A DNA stretch of 64,000 bases from Amoebidium appalachense (lineage: Eukaryota; Protista; Ichthyosporea). The position numbers and the translations under genes are program-made. Position 1 is the first letter of the stretch; every line of letters starts with the position of its first letter. Positions 23,228 to 40,270 of the stretch are shown in pieces. The notes below the pieces were generated by a model that was not told the DNA's origin, did not search any database, and saw only the letters and a program-made list of their open reading frames with translations. The DNA lies in assembly GCA_963693365.1 (NCBI GenBank), contig CAVNZM010000001.1:20344125-20408124 (forward strand). The letters are read 5' to 3'.

Positions 23228-23728
23228 GACAAAATGGTTGGTTGTTCTCAGCGGCTGCAAAAATTTCCTGTGACATGTATGGGTGTGTGCGTGTGGGCAG
23301 GGAGTGAGGGGAGGGAGGGGAGGGGGAAGGAGGGGGAAGGAGGGGAGGGGCAGGGGGGAGGATAGCTTCGAACATTTCGATTGAGAGGGCCACCATAAAT
23401 GCTCAGCCCAGTCCCACAGCACCCAAGCACCATGTGTAAGAGTTGTGATCAGCACACTCTCTAACAAAACCAAAATCCCTGTCCCCCCTCCCCCCCTCCC
23501 CCCCTCCCCCTCCCCCCCCCCCCCCCCCCCCCGCGCCCTCCACTCCCCCCATTCCCCCCCCTCCCCCCTTGCCCTCTCGGGGTGCCATGTGGTAAAAGAA
23601 AACATTATGGCCAGATTGACAAGACAATGCGTGGACATAAGCAAAGCAATGCTAAACAAAAGACACTGACGACATAGGATAAGGCCTAGAGCAGAGAGAC
23701 GAGTGCTGCAATTTAATAATCAGTCGTG

Positions 23729-23759
<31 letters not shown>

Positions 23760-23973
23760 TTTGGTTTTATTTGTTGGTGTCGCCACAGTGTTTGTGTGTG
23801 TGTGTTTACATGTGTTATGCTTTTACAATGCCCTTTTGTTTTTTCAAAGGATCATAATTCTTCCTTTCTTTTGTTCTTTCTTTTTTTGTTTTTCGTAATT
23901 TTGGCGCTATGGTGGTGGTGGTGGTGGTGGTGGTGGTGGTGGTGGTGGGTGGGTGGGTGTGTGTGCCGTGTGT

Positions 23974-24042
<69 letters not shown>

Positions 24043-25404
24043 GAGGGGGGAAGAATGAAAAGAACTTCAAGGATGTATGGGACTGGGGAGTGGGGAATGG
24101 GTTTATGTTTGCAGTTTGCTTTCCCCCCCTAGTCACTCAAGATTGTTTCAGGTCCCGCAGACACAATGGGATGCAGGTATGTGTTGTGTGTGTTTGGTAT
24201 CTGGGCCACACACAACGGTTGTTTCAGCGGTATTAGTATTTAGGGAGGAGGAGGAGGGGCGGAGCGGGGGCGGGGCGGCGGGGGGGGGGGGGGGGGGGGG
24301 GGGGGGGGAGGGGGGGGGGAGGAGGAGGGAGGGAGCGAGAGGCGGGGAAGAGGGCAGTGTTCTGGGTGGAGTTCAGGTTAGGCCAGTATGTGGACGGCCG
24401 GTGAAACGAACTCTATCGGCCATGCCACTGCTTGCATGCTTGGTATGGCACATTCCGGGGCACACGGGGCAAACGGACCCCCCAGGAAGAGAATAGGAAA
24501 CAAAAAATGGGGAGGGGGGGGGGGGGGGGGGGAGGGGGGGAAGAAAGGGGGGAGGACGGAAGGCGAGGGAAGGGGTGGAAGGAGTAGCCTTAGGGGACCA
24601 CAGCAAATCCCAGTTGACTTCAGTGAATGCAGTAACGGTCAGGTCAATATTAATAACAACATTCATTGGAACGGCAGCACACTTTTTGGCTGTCTGGGGC
24701 TGCCCAGCAGCCACCCAAATACAAAACTAAACATTGAAAGGCACGCCGTTACACCTTAAGAAACAATGTGTCGAAGGCACACGTGGCTACGATACCATTA
24801 AAAGGTAACATGTGGCTAAATAACATCTAACTAAAAGATAAGGCATCACCATCTTGTGCCATGCAATACGTGCGGAGATGATAGTACAGAGACTACACGA
24901 GCTTAAAAAAGTTGGAAGCTTTTCAAAAATATAAAAAGATGCAAGAGCGAAGCAAGAGAACTAAGACGCAATCAGGGATTCACGTGACAGGCACCATTTA
25001 ACTTTGAATCTAAGACCAAGTCTTACAGCTACTGACAAAAAACTTCATTTACTCATCGTTCTTCTCAGGGTGGCATTTTATGCCAGCTCTAATAGGCTAC
25101 GAAGGCCGTATGATGCTCGCAAGCAAGTCGCATGAACACACATTCGCACACATTGCATAATAAACTATGATAATACATGGGCAGTTTCAGACAAAGCTTT
25201 GGCTTTTAGAAGTTGTGATATTTCCACGTGAACCCGTTGCATTTTGCATACATAACAATATTTGTTAACCCTTTACGTTACCAACATTTCCATTCTGTTC
25301 ACCGCTTGACTAGTAAGAGTGAGTGTAGTAATCTTATATTACACGTGTCCGGTACGGCATAAGTTAGTGCAATAGTTGGCATCAGAGGGTTCAGCTTTTG
25401 AGGT

Positions 25405-25809
25405 TCAAGGGGTGGGGCGACGCAGGCGGGGAGCCAGAATGCTCCAGCCCCGAGAGATGATGGGGGACACGGGCCTTTCGCTGGCCGAGCCAGCATAGGT
25501 GGCCAGCTTTTCGCTGGCATGGGCCACGGCAGGCGGGCGCTGGTGGCTGATGGGGGGCAGGCCTATCAGGCCCCGCCGCATGTTCTCTTCCTTCTCGGCT
25601 GCCTGGCGCTCCATGGCTAAGGCCTGCAGGCTCTTTCTGTTGTTGGCCGGCGCAGTAATCACTTGCTGGGTACGGGTGCCCTGCGTGCTGGTCTGCGTGC
25701 TGAGTGTGCGCATGGCCGTGCGGACAAACCCCATGGCCACCAAGCCTGCTACAGGCAGGCGAGGAGTAGACAGGACGGCGTGCTGGGTAATAGCTGCGAG
25801 GAGGGACAT
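25405..25809 (-). CDS. Hypothetical protein, 134 aa, possible mitochondrial-type presequence
   Basis: GC-rich ATG-started ORF in AT-richer unique flanks; Arg/Ser/Thr-rich N-terminus free of acidic residues. Confidence 0.45.
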   Translation of the reverse strand: MSLLAAITQHAVLSTPRLPVAGLVAMGFVRTAMRTLSTQTSTQGTRTQQVITAPANNRKSLQALAMERQAAEKEENMRRGLIGLPPISHQRPPAVAHASEKLATYAGSASERPVSPIISRGWSILAPRLRRPTP

Positions 25810-25876
25810 TTTATATGCTCTGTGCTTTTTACATAGACTGCTCTGTTTGATGAGCCTAAAGGTGGTGAATCGGTTT

Positions 25877-26180
25877 TCGTCGCTTGTGTGTGCCTCACAC
25901 TTCCTCCAGAATTGTGTTCAACTCTTCGAAGTAATACTTTGTCGAAAGTGACGTGTTGTTGACGTGTGGCCGCTTTTTATACTTTATGCATCCTGAACAA
26001 AAAGCACACAATTGCCTAATAGCTGTATCGTCGCTTGTGTGTGCCTCACACTTACTCCAGAATTGTGTTCAACTCTTCGAAGTAATACTTTGTCGAAAGT
26101 GACGTGTTGTTGACGTGTGGCCGCTTTTTATACTTTATGCATCCTGAACAAAAAGCACACAATTGCCTAATAGCTGTATC
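25877..26180 (+). repeat. Tandem duplication, 2 x 151 bp
   Basis: TCGTCGCTTGTGTG...TAGCTGTATC starts at 25877 and again at 26028; one substitution seen (cttcctcc / cttactcc). Confidence 0.9.
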
Positions 26181-27049
26181 CAATCATATCAATCCATGAG
26201 GGCTTGGAAGGCCAATCAATTGCATTATAAAAAACATTGATCGTTACGATTAGCCAAATATCATTTATTATTCTAGCAACTGATATGGTGTGGAGTGGGG
26301 GCAAAAAAAAAGCCTTTATTGCCCTATTTCCGCTGAGACAGGCGCTTGAAGATGTTTCAACTTCCGGGACAATATACATGCAGATTTTGTTTTATTACTA
26401 AGTGGTAACCTATATGCAACATCTTTTGGTTGCCAATAGAAAAATAACGCATTTTCACAAGCCTGTTTGGCTCTCTTCGTGGACGTAACCAGGAGCCTTA
26501 ACTGGGCCCAGTTCAAAAGTTGCGCTGCTGCAGCGCCAGTAGCAACGGCTCCTCGCCCAGTTCGATTGTTCTGGATCTGTTATCGCCTGCAGGGGCCGAG
26601 AGGAGAAACAGAAGTATTTTTCTGCGCAGTGGCACTGTCAAAGCCAGTGCTAAGTTCAACGGGCTCCCAGTGCCTGAGAGACACGAATGCCATGGCCAGC
26701 TCCAGCTGCTCCAGCTGCAGCCGCGGCAAGCAGCTGCATGCTCTCTCAGCACATACATAATCACCCCGGGCCGTATGTGCACAATAGATGACTGAGTATG
26801 AGCGGCGTGCCCCAGCCCCGCATAACACTCAGTCACGTATTATTTTTTCGAGTGGTCGTGGTGGCAACGGTATGGACGCGGAGCCCAGGCTCTGAGACTT
26901 GAAAATTGAATGGGCAAGCACTGCAGTTGTTGCGGCCGCAGGGTTAGGGTCGTAGGGAATGTTGGGAAACAGAGCTGGAGTACTAGTAATCACTGATGTA
27001 TGAGTGATTCAATGTAAGCTAGGCTTGTTTATTTTTGAAACGGGGGAGG

Positions 27050-30890
<3,841 letters not shown>

Positions 30891-31614
30891 TTCTCAAGTT
30901 GACTTGTGTGGTTGAAGTCCGACCGTGCTACGTTATTATGATCCGCAATCCGCCACGGTTAACCGTGACGGTACGTGCGCTGGTCACGTACATACTACTA
31001 TTGCCCTACATAGTGCTTCCTCATTATAAATATTAGAGGAGCTTTCCATCACAAATATAGCAGAAGGGCGGCTTCCAGGCCAACCCTTTTCAAAGTGAAG
31101 CCCAAATTTTGACCCAAACAAAGACTCAAGTACTGTCAGTGGCCTAAGAGGCGGCATGCCATGCTTATTCTGATCACGGCCCCGTCGAACTTTCGAAGTA
31201 TGTTACTTGTTTTCATACTCAATATCCTTTGCTTCATCGTTGTGATAAAGAGTATCATGGTAGGGCTCTTGAGCCTATGCTTCTTTTTATATTAGAGACT
31301 CGTCTATTTTCTTTACAATCGTTGTGTAAATTAGCTACTTATATATATTTATCCTTCCTCTCGTAAACCTACCACACTTACCGATTTTGCAACTCTAACC
31401 CCTCCTTGTGATATAGCTTGGAAATGTTTGTTTTGGCGCTGTAACCTTTGTTTCCATGAATGTTTGTGCCACTTTTGTGCAGAAACCTTTTTCTCGTAAA
31501 CACTTAGATAGATATTTTTATTTATCTCAGATTATTCCGTTAGAAATTAGAAGACTGGCTTATTTACATAATCCTGATATTACGACTATTGACTATCTGT
31601 TGAACCACCGTATG

Positions 31615-32078
31615 TTTTTCTTTTGACTCGGGTTTATTGATCCGTTGATGAAGGCAACGTGCAGCCACAGGCTACACAACCACCAATAGAACTGAAAAAT
31701 TCCAAGGCTACGAAATAAAAATAAAGCGACAAGTTACAAAGGACACCCAGCGGGCAAAACCTTAAGTGTAAGTGTATGCGTGAAACTAGTTTGCTCCAAC
31801 TAGTCATATGCATCGATGTTGACCAGACCACACTCCGCAAAAAGACATCATCACTGCTCCTTCCCAACAGGCCCCCCTCAAAACCTACCGAGGCACAGCA
31901 AGCAAGTCAGCCTCTAAAAGAGCAATGCAGAGGGTGTATGATTATTTAAGTCGTTATCTCCTCCATATCCGAGAGTGAGGGCTTTTGTATTTTCTTCTCC
32001 CAGATATCGGTGATATCTCGATGGCTTCTATTTTGCTGAGCATATCAATAAAGTCATTATAAAAAAGAAATTTCGGGG

Positions 32079-32120
<42 letters not shown>

Positions 32121-33327
32121 CCGCCGCACTTTCGAACGGTCGAGTCGGAGAGTGGAGCCACCGCCGACGGTCCCAAAATTCCTACGATATACGCAGGTAT
32201 GCGTGTATGGCTTTAGTAAGCCAATCACATCACGCATAGGCGCCAGTCTCCAAAATTCACACCCTGTTAATTGCTATCCCTGGCAGTTTTATTCCGGCCT
32301 ACTGATGACTAGGCCCTTGCAAAATATCCCAAGTATCAAATATCCTGAAACACTATCCCCAATAGCGAGATATTCTTTTGATGAGGAAAGCAAAAGATAT
32401 TTTTTTCGATATTCAGGGACTTCACTTTCACTTCGATCTCTTAGCTGTCACGTCAACCTTTTTTCCCGATTCTTCACCATGGCAGGTATATAAAGGCTTT
32501 CGTTTCTTCTTTTTGTGGTGGGAGGGAGTCCCACTCAGGGGAACGTGACTGCAGCGTGTGTGTGGTGTGGCCTGGACGTATTCCTACGTATACTGCTGTG
32601 GGAGTGTGGGGGCATATCCCTTTCGCGGAGTTTCTCGCTTGAGAAGTGGTTTCTTCAACGCCTGGTGGTCCACTGCAACCTATGGTAACTTCTACACGTT
32701 GTCTACGCTTCTACGCGACCTATTGGCGGTGGGCTGCTGCAACTTCCTCAGGTAGTACTTCTGCGCTGCGTGAGTGGAGGGGCGGCTACTTGGTCGTCGG
32801 GGAGTTTTCCAAGTGACTGCCAGTCCTTAACCTCCAGTCGTATGGCAATGACCGGGTTTGCTTGCATGCATTCTGTAATTGTGTTTTTCTGTGTGTCCTG
32901 CCACAACTAGGCCACCTTATCAGAGAGCTAGATGCAGTTTCTCCGGGTTATAATTATCTAGGGGCCGGGCCCGTTGGGATTGTTTTTTAGCTCAGATTTG
33001 GTCTGCATTGATCTTTTAGAGGCTGACTTGCTTGCTGTGCCTCGATAGGTTTGAGGGGGGCCTGTTGGGAAGGAGCAGTAATGATGTCTTTTTTTTTTTC
33101 TTGCGGAGTGTGGTCTGGTCAACATCGATGCATATGACTACTAGTTGGAGCAAACTAGTTTCACGCATACACGTACACTTAAGGTTTTGCACGCTGGTGT
33201 CCTTTGTCACTTGTCGCTTTATTTTTATTTCGTAGCTTTGGCTTTTTCAGTTCTATTGGTGGTTATGTAGCCTGTGGCTGCACGTTGCCTTCATCAACGG
33301 ATCAATAAACCCGAGTCAAAAGAAAAA
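31615..33327. repeat. Diverged inverted repeat pair of about 320 bp (31615-31931 and 33002-33327)
   Basis: GACTCGGGTTTATTGATCCG...CAATGCAGA versus TCTGCATTG...CGGATCAATAAACCCGAGTC; also reflected in near-identical peptides of ORFs 31634..31867(-) and 33032..33235(+). Confidence 0.9.
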
Positions 33328-33452
33328 AAGATATTCAGGGGACTTCTTGGGATTTTTTTTTTTGATATTCTGGGCCTATTTAACGGGATATTTTTGGGAT
33401 ATTCCCGTTTAATATTCAGGGGCCATTTTCAGGATATTATTGCAAAGGCCTA
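32310..33452. mobile_element. Non-autonomous hAT-like DNA transposon
   Basis: TIRs TAGGCCCTTGCAAAATATCC / GGATATTATTGCAAAGGCCTA; 8-bp flanks CTGATGAC (32302-32309) and CTCATGAC (33453-33460), 7 of 8 identical; GATAT(T/C)-rich subterminal repeats; no transposase. Confidence 0.6.
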
Positions 33453-33956
33453 CTCATGACCCTGATGTGCGGGTCGTTCAGACAAACAAAGTAGCACATG
33501 AGCAGGGGGCGCGAGTTCGTGCTCCGAGTCAAAGTGGGGCACGTTCGGCGTTCTGAGTCAACTTCTGACAGCGGCTCCCAAGAGCCCGCTAAAGTAGAAG
33601 TTGTGGTGCGTGTTGCTGGTAGTTCATTCATAATTGTTCTAAGCCTGTTAGTCGCAGACGCACGGTGGCAGCAGCAAGTATGGATAACTTTTGCGGCGCC
33701 AGAAACTGTAAGTTCAACCCTGGGCTCCTGAAGTAACAAGGGGCACGCACAGTTGGGTCAACCTGCCCAGAACTCTCGCTGTAGCACCCCTCTTATTTAA
33801 ACTACTTAGAAACTTTTATTGCCTAAGTTCTGTTTTATGCTGGTGCAAGTATGAATACAGTGAACGGCAGTAGCAACTGTACGTACAGGCTGGGGAACAG
33901 TCCCGGGTTGAGAACATGATGAGCACGCACAGTTGGGCCAACCTGCCCAGCCCCAC

Positions 33957-33992
<36 letters not shown>

Positions 33993-34170
33993 CCGTTGCA
34001 GCACCCTTGCATTGCTTACGAAAAACACTTTATGAAAGCTCTCAGTGCTATTGTTACCAACACTTCCTTCTCCCCCTCCCCCTCCCCCCCTTCCCGTTCC
34101 CCCAACACCACCACCACCACCACCATCACACGCGCCCCATGAACACAAGTAAAAGAATACTTCCATTGCT

Positions 34171-34201
<31 letters not shown>

Positions 34202-34238
34202 ACACACACACACACACAGAAACAAACACACACATACA

Positions 34239-34370
<132 letters not shown>

Positions 34371-34997
34371 GACACAGAGACACACACACACAAAAATTCA
34401 CTACCGAAACCATCAGGTTTGCATGAGCGCAGAGCCATACCCACATACACGTCCCTATGATAGCAAAGAAAAGCATGCACCCATACACTTCCGCTTTCGG
34501 GCACCCTTGTGAGCACAGACGTGTGAACACACACACACGTCTCCGTCCCCCCTCTCCTCCCCCCTCCCCCCTCCGCCCCAACACACAATAACACACACGC
34601 ACACACACACACAAATGTATACTACACAGACACACACACATGCAGGCATGCTTTCAGAGGCGCACGAACACACACACAGAAGGAGGCAGCTTCTGCACAC
34701 GGTTGCACCACCACACGGATGCCTACATTGTCTGCACGCACATAACGCACACACAGTCACACACACAAAAACGCACACACGCGCGAGCGCACGCGCAAAC
34801 ACACACAAACACGCATACACACACACACACACACTGACGCGCACGCACATGCACATGCACACACACACACACACAAACACGCATGCACATGCACACACTC
34901 ACACACACATGCACACACACGCACAAACACGTAGTACACACACACTCACACACACCCACACTCATGGCCTACCTAACCTCTCGTTGCTCACGTGCAG

Positions 34998-36742
34998 GTT
35001 CCTTGCCACCCAACGGGGCTGGCCGGGAGGATATATCACAACTGGAACGAAGCAATGACCCACTCTGGATAGCGTTGCAACAGCACCTGCGGCCTGAGCA
35101 CGAGCAAAGGAGGCCGTCCAATTTACAGCACACGCTCTTTGGGGGTCAACGCCCCCAGGTTTCGTACCACAGCGCTTACGGCCGGCAGCAGCTGGCACAG
35201 ACGGCGTTCCCCAACCTGCTGCCGGTGGACAACACCTACCTGGACATACTGGCCAGCCACCTGGACCCCCACGGCCATGCCCCGCTCCTGTTTGGCCCCG
35301 AGTCAAACGCAAGCCTGCAGCAGCCCAGCTCGAGCTATCTGGGCTTGGAGGGCTCGAGGGTGCAGGCGCAGCTGGGTACGCTGACACACACAGACAGCAA
35401 CGAGACTATCCCCGACCAGCTGGGCCAGCAGATAACCCCCCGGCCCGCAAAGACCAAGCAGGCCGGCAGGCAGAAGGCTACACCCCCCGTCGACGAACAG
35501 CCCCGAGAGCCCCAGGAAAGGCCCTCACCCAAAAAGCGCAAACCACGGGCACAGGCAAAGGTGCTGAGGGCAGAGGACTTGAAGGTGGAGCAGGAGGAAC
35601 CCACAGACCCCCCAAAGATAAAGCCCGTGGCCAGGAAACGGGCAAAACAGACTGCTGAGAGCGAGCCGGGTGAAGTAGAGAGCGAGGGGGAGGTGCCGGA
35701 GCCCAAGAAACGGAAATCACGCAGTGGGGCCAAGGCCAGTGGCGGTATGGACAACCTGCGGGCCATGCGCAGGCCCCGTCGCAGTGCAAGGGAAAAACGC
35801 TCTGTAGGGGCCCCCGTGCTTGCAAAGGTGCTCAAAAAGCCGCTGTCTGAGGCCGCTAGCAAGGCAGCGGCAGCCAAGGTATTACCATATATGGTTAGAA
35901 TGGGTGTGTGACGAGTGGCTGTGGAGACAGTCGTGTGATTGGAGGTAGTAGAGGCAGGAAGGGTGGTGGTGGTGGTGGTGGAGGGGGGGGGGGGGGGAGG
36001 TGCTGAACGAGAGGATAGGTTTCTAAATTCACAGTCGTAGCTGTGTGCTGTAGTTACCGCACTCCTTTGCACGCACACATCTGGGCACCACCCATATGGC
36101 TGTGGTTTCAAGGGCATGCATAGGCCCATGCTCACGCTGTTGGCCCGCAACCAGGCCGAGCTTGAGCGGCAGCAGCGGCGCAATGCCTGGTGGTGCATCA
36201 CCGACCCCAAGCCCAGCAGCCAGCCCGACAAGGGCGTGGACTGGTCGTGGCAGCCAAAGGCCCCGGCCTCGTTCATGAGGCGGCCCAAGATCCAGGGCTT
36301 CAACGACCCCCTGCTGCCCCCGGCCACAGACTCGGAGGACGACGAGGACCAGGGCGATGGCGGCTGGACAGGTGGGTGTGTGTGGGGAGGGGGAGGGGGG
36401 GGGGGGGGGGGGGTGGGTGGGGGGGGGGAGGGGGGTTCGTGCTGTGGAGGGAAGGGGGGTGGATGTTTGGGGTGTATGTGTAGGGGGGGAGGTGGAGGTT
36501 GGGGGCTTAAGGTCTTTGTTACACATACGAGGCCGAGGGAGTGAAGAAACGAAAGAAGCATTGCACATCCTCTTTGACGCCTGTCATTTTTCTTTGGTGC
36601 ATTCCCCCCCATGTCCTTCTCATTCCTCAAAGCGCACGTGTGTGCGTGTGCGTATTCATGTGTATGCACGTGTGCACCCCCGCTTGTGCATGTGTTTTTT
36701 GCTACTATCAATGTTTTGGTTCTTCTTCTTTTTTTTTTCCTG

Positions 36743-36816
<74 letters not shown>

Positions 36817-38162
36817 GGGGGGGGGGGGGAGGGGGGGGGGAGGGGGGGCTTCAGGGTTAAAACCTGAATGTGCACAACCATAGGGGCGGTGCAGTGAAAA
36901 TATCCCCGAACTACTCCCCAAGCACCAGAATCTCAGCTTGCTTTAGATGCGTCTGGAAAAATCAAGTCCCCGCTTCGAGAAATGCCTTTTTTTGTTTAGT
37001 GGTTTATTTCAGCTACACGTATGCGACCCACACATGCCTGCAAGAACACAGACACACGAACACCCACCCACCCAGCCACACACACACACACACACACACA
37101 CATGCGCGCGCACACACACACACACACACCACTGTACAATGAGCCGTAACGTCCCCAACCCCCCTTCCCCCTCCCCCATCTTCCAATACCCTCCCCTTCC
37201 CCTCCCTAACCTCTTTGCATATCTGAAGTTGTGCCCCCACACCACGCAGGCAAGTCGAGGGCCAACGATGCCGAGCTGAAGGAAAAGACGCTGTTCAACT
37301 ACACCCTATCCCACTTCCAACTGCGCCAGATCATGGCCAGACAGTAAGGACCCCCTTCCATTTTTTCCCTGTGTTTTTTCTCTGTTTTGTTATGTGCTGT
37401 TCCTTTGACTACCTCTGCCATGTACTCGCCTCGGCCTTTGGCCTGATTGGTTTACCCCCCCCCCCCCCCCCCCCCCACACCCACCCACCCCCCCCCCGCT
37501 CAGCCAAACAACAAGAAAAAAGTCGTGGTTTTCCGTCACGAATGTGTGCTTCGTACTCTGTAACTCATTCTACTCCCCCCTCCCCCCTCCTCCCCCCCCC
37601 CGCCCCTTGTGCAACCCCTTCCTCTGGGGCACACACACAACCACAGTGCTTTGCAAACCCTTCAAATACATGCCCTCTCGGTGTCCACATGCCCAACGAA
37701 GCAGGAAGGAGAAAAGGGATAGGGTGAGCGATATTGAGAAAGTTGTGTCTTTGTGTGTGCGTGTTCTTGCGCTTATATCTTTTTTGAGGGGCAATGGTTT
37801 GTTTGTTTTTTGTTTTGTTTTTTTTGTTTTTTTTTTTTTGGGGGGGGGGGGGGGGTTTAGAGGATGAGGGCAATGGGCTGGACTGTATTGTCAGACTGGT
37901 GTGTTTGTGCTTCTTCCGCCCATTTTCTTTTTATAGGAGTGGTGGTGGTCTCGTGAGGCACTCACTTCACCGTGATGGTGGTACGTGTGTGCATGTGGGT
38001 GTACCATGTTGGTGTGCCCGTTGTGTGTGCGCACGGTCGCGAAGAAGGGGACCAGGGAATGAAAACAGGGGCAGGGGGTCTGGTGAGTGCTAGTCGTGCA
38101 TGGCATGGCTGTGGGTGCTGACTGGGGGGTTTTTAAGGGGTGCATGGCTGTGTGGGTGCTGG

Positions 38163-38197
<35 letters not shown>

Positions 38198-38569
38198 CCC
38201 TTTGGGGTGTGTGTGTGTGGGGGGGGGGGGGGGGGGGGGGGAGTAATGGGTGCATATCTGTGTGGCTGCTGACTGGGGGGTTTTTATGGGTGCTTACTGG
38301 GGGGGCTTAATGGGTGCTCACTGGGGGGGCTTAATGGGTGCTGACTGGTGGGGTTTGATGGATGCTGACTGGGGGGGGGGGGGGGGGGGGGGGGGAGGTT
38401 AACGGGTGCTGACTGGCGGGTTAAATAGGTGCTGACTGGGGGGGGGGAGGGGGGTTTAACGGGTGCTGACTGGGGGGATTTAAAGGATTCTGACTGGCGG
38501 GGTTTAACGGGTGCTGCCTGTTGGGTTTTAATGGGTGCTGACTGGGAGGACTTAATGGGTGCTGACTGT

Positions 38570-38610
<41 letters not shown>

Positions 38611-38860
38611 TGGGTGCTGACTGGGAGGGTGTAATGGGTGCTGAGTGGGAGGGTTTAATGGGTGCTGACTGGGAGGGTTTAATGGGCGCTGACTGGGAGG
38701 GTTTAATGGGTGCTGACTGGGAGGGTTTCCAGTCTGGCGGATGAGGAGATGATAGACTGTGAGAAGTCCATGCTGCTGGTCCTGGAGGCTAACATGGTCC
38801 GTACCCTTCCCCCATTTCCCCAACGCACAAACACACATACACCCTTACCTGCCTGCTTCA

Positions 38861-38897
<37 letters not shown>

Positions 38898-39876
38898 TTC
38901 CTTCTCTCCCATCGGTACATGCACGTGCATACATGCCCTCTCCCCTCACCCCCCGCCAACCACCTACACACACACATGAGCGCGCGCGCGCGCACACACA
39001 CACACACACACACATACACACACACGTGTCCTGTCCACACGCACACGCATGCCAGCCCGTCTCTTTGCCTTGCACCTCGGTCCTTGCACCTGCTGCTCTC
39101 ATATCAGCTTTGAGGCTCGGCCCTTCTTCTCGTGACTTTGACATTCTGCTCATGTGGACCCTTACTCATGCTCATGCTCATCATCCTCCTCCTCCCTCCC
39201 CCCTTCCCCTCCCCTTCTCTTCCCCCCCTTTCTCCGTCGCCGTTTACTCCATACATGTGCATGCACGGCCCAGATGATGGCACCAAGAACACATGCATGT
39301 CCGTGCACCTACATTCGATGTCCTAGCAGACTAAAGAACGACCTTTCCTCACCCCCCAAAAAAGCAAACTCCTCTAACGCACAAGATCGAACCTATCATA
39401 TCCCCTGTAGACACGTTGCCTTTTCGGGCGCCTAAACATGACCACATTGCATATTGGGCACCTCCTTTAAGCACCCTTAAAGCGCACGACCTCGACCCTC
39501 ACTGTACCACCGCGGCTTGGGGCAAGTTGAGTGATGTGTACAATTGTTACTGTTTCATGCATGATCCAACACAGGTGTGCGCGGTGGAGTAGATGGTGTG
39601 CTCTGACTGATGGGTGTGTGTGCAGGAGATTATTCTGCAGCTGGACTACAGGGACCTGTGGTACCTTGAGGAGACGTACGTGCGCCAGGCATCGGTGAGT
39701 GTGTGTATGTGTGCACTAAATAGGCAGTGCTGGGTGTGTCCATGTGTGCACGAGCCAGCATGAGTAGCGCAGTGCTGTGTGGTTGGATGTATCGGTGCTG
39801 TTGTGTTGCACCTGGAGACCAAGTCAGAGCAATGCAACCACTGGTCTTTCCTCGACAAGGAAAATGGGTGGTGGGG

Positions 39877-39915
<39 letters not shown>

Positions 39916-40229
39916 GGGTTAGTGGCCTCTGACTGAGTCATGGGGGGCGGGTTAGATCCACGGCAAGTTCATCGAGGGCATGCTGCTGCCCGGGGTGGTG
40001 CTCAACCGGGTGGGCATGATCATGTATGCCAGCGAGTCCTTCTGCAACATGGTCCAGCGCACCCCCCAGGAGGTCAACATGCGCAACATCATCGAGGTAC
40101 CTACCACTCCCTTCTCTTTCTTCACCAAGCCACCCGGCAATCCCCCCGGACCGAACGTTTCTGTCCCCTTCTTCCCTGTTCTTGCTTGCACATACACCAA
40201 AACCACAAGCAACACATATGGCACACATA

Positions 40230-40270
<41 letters not shown>

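Noticed and set aside
26467-26836. Overlapping short GC-rich ORFs
   Set aside because: No recognisable domain or convincing splice partners.
35335-36921. 528-aa minus-strand ORF
   Set aside because: Antisense to the PAS-gene exons and made of homopolymer and microsatellite translation.
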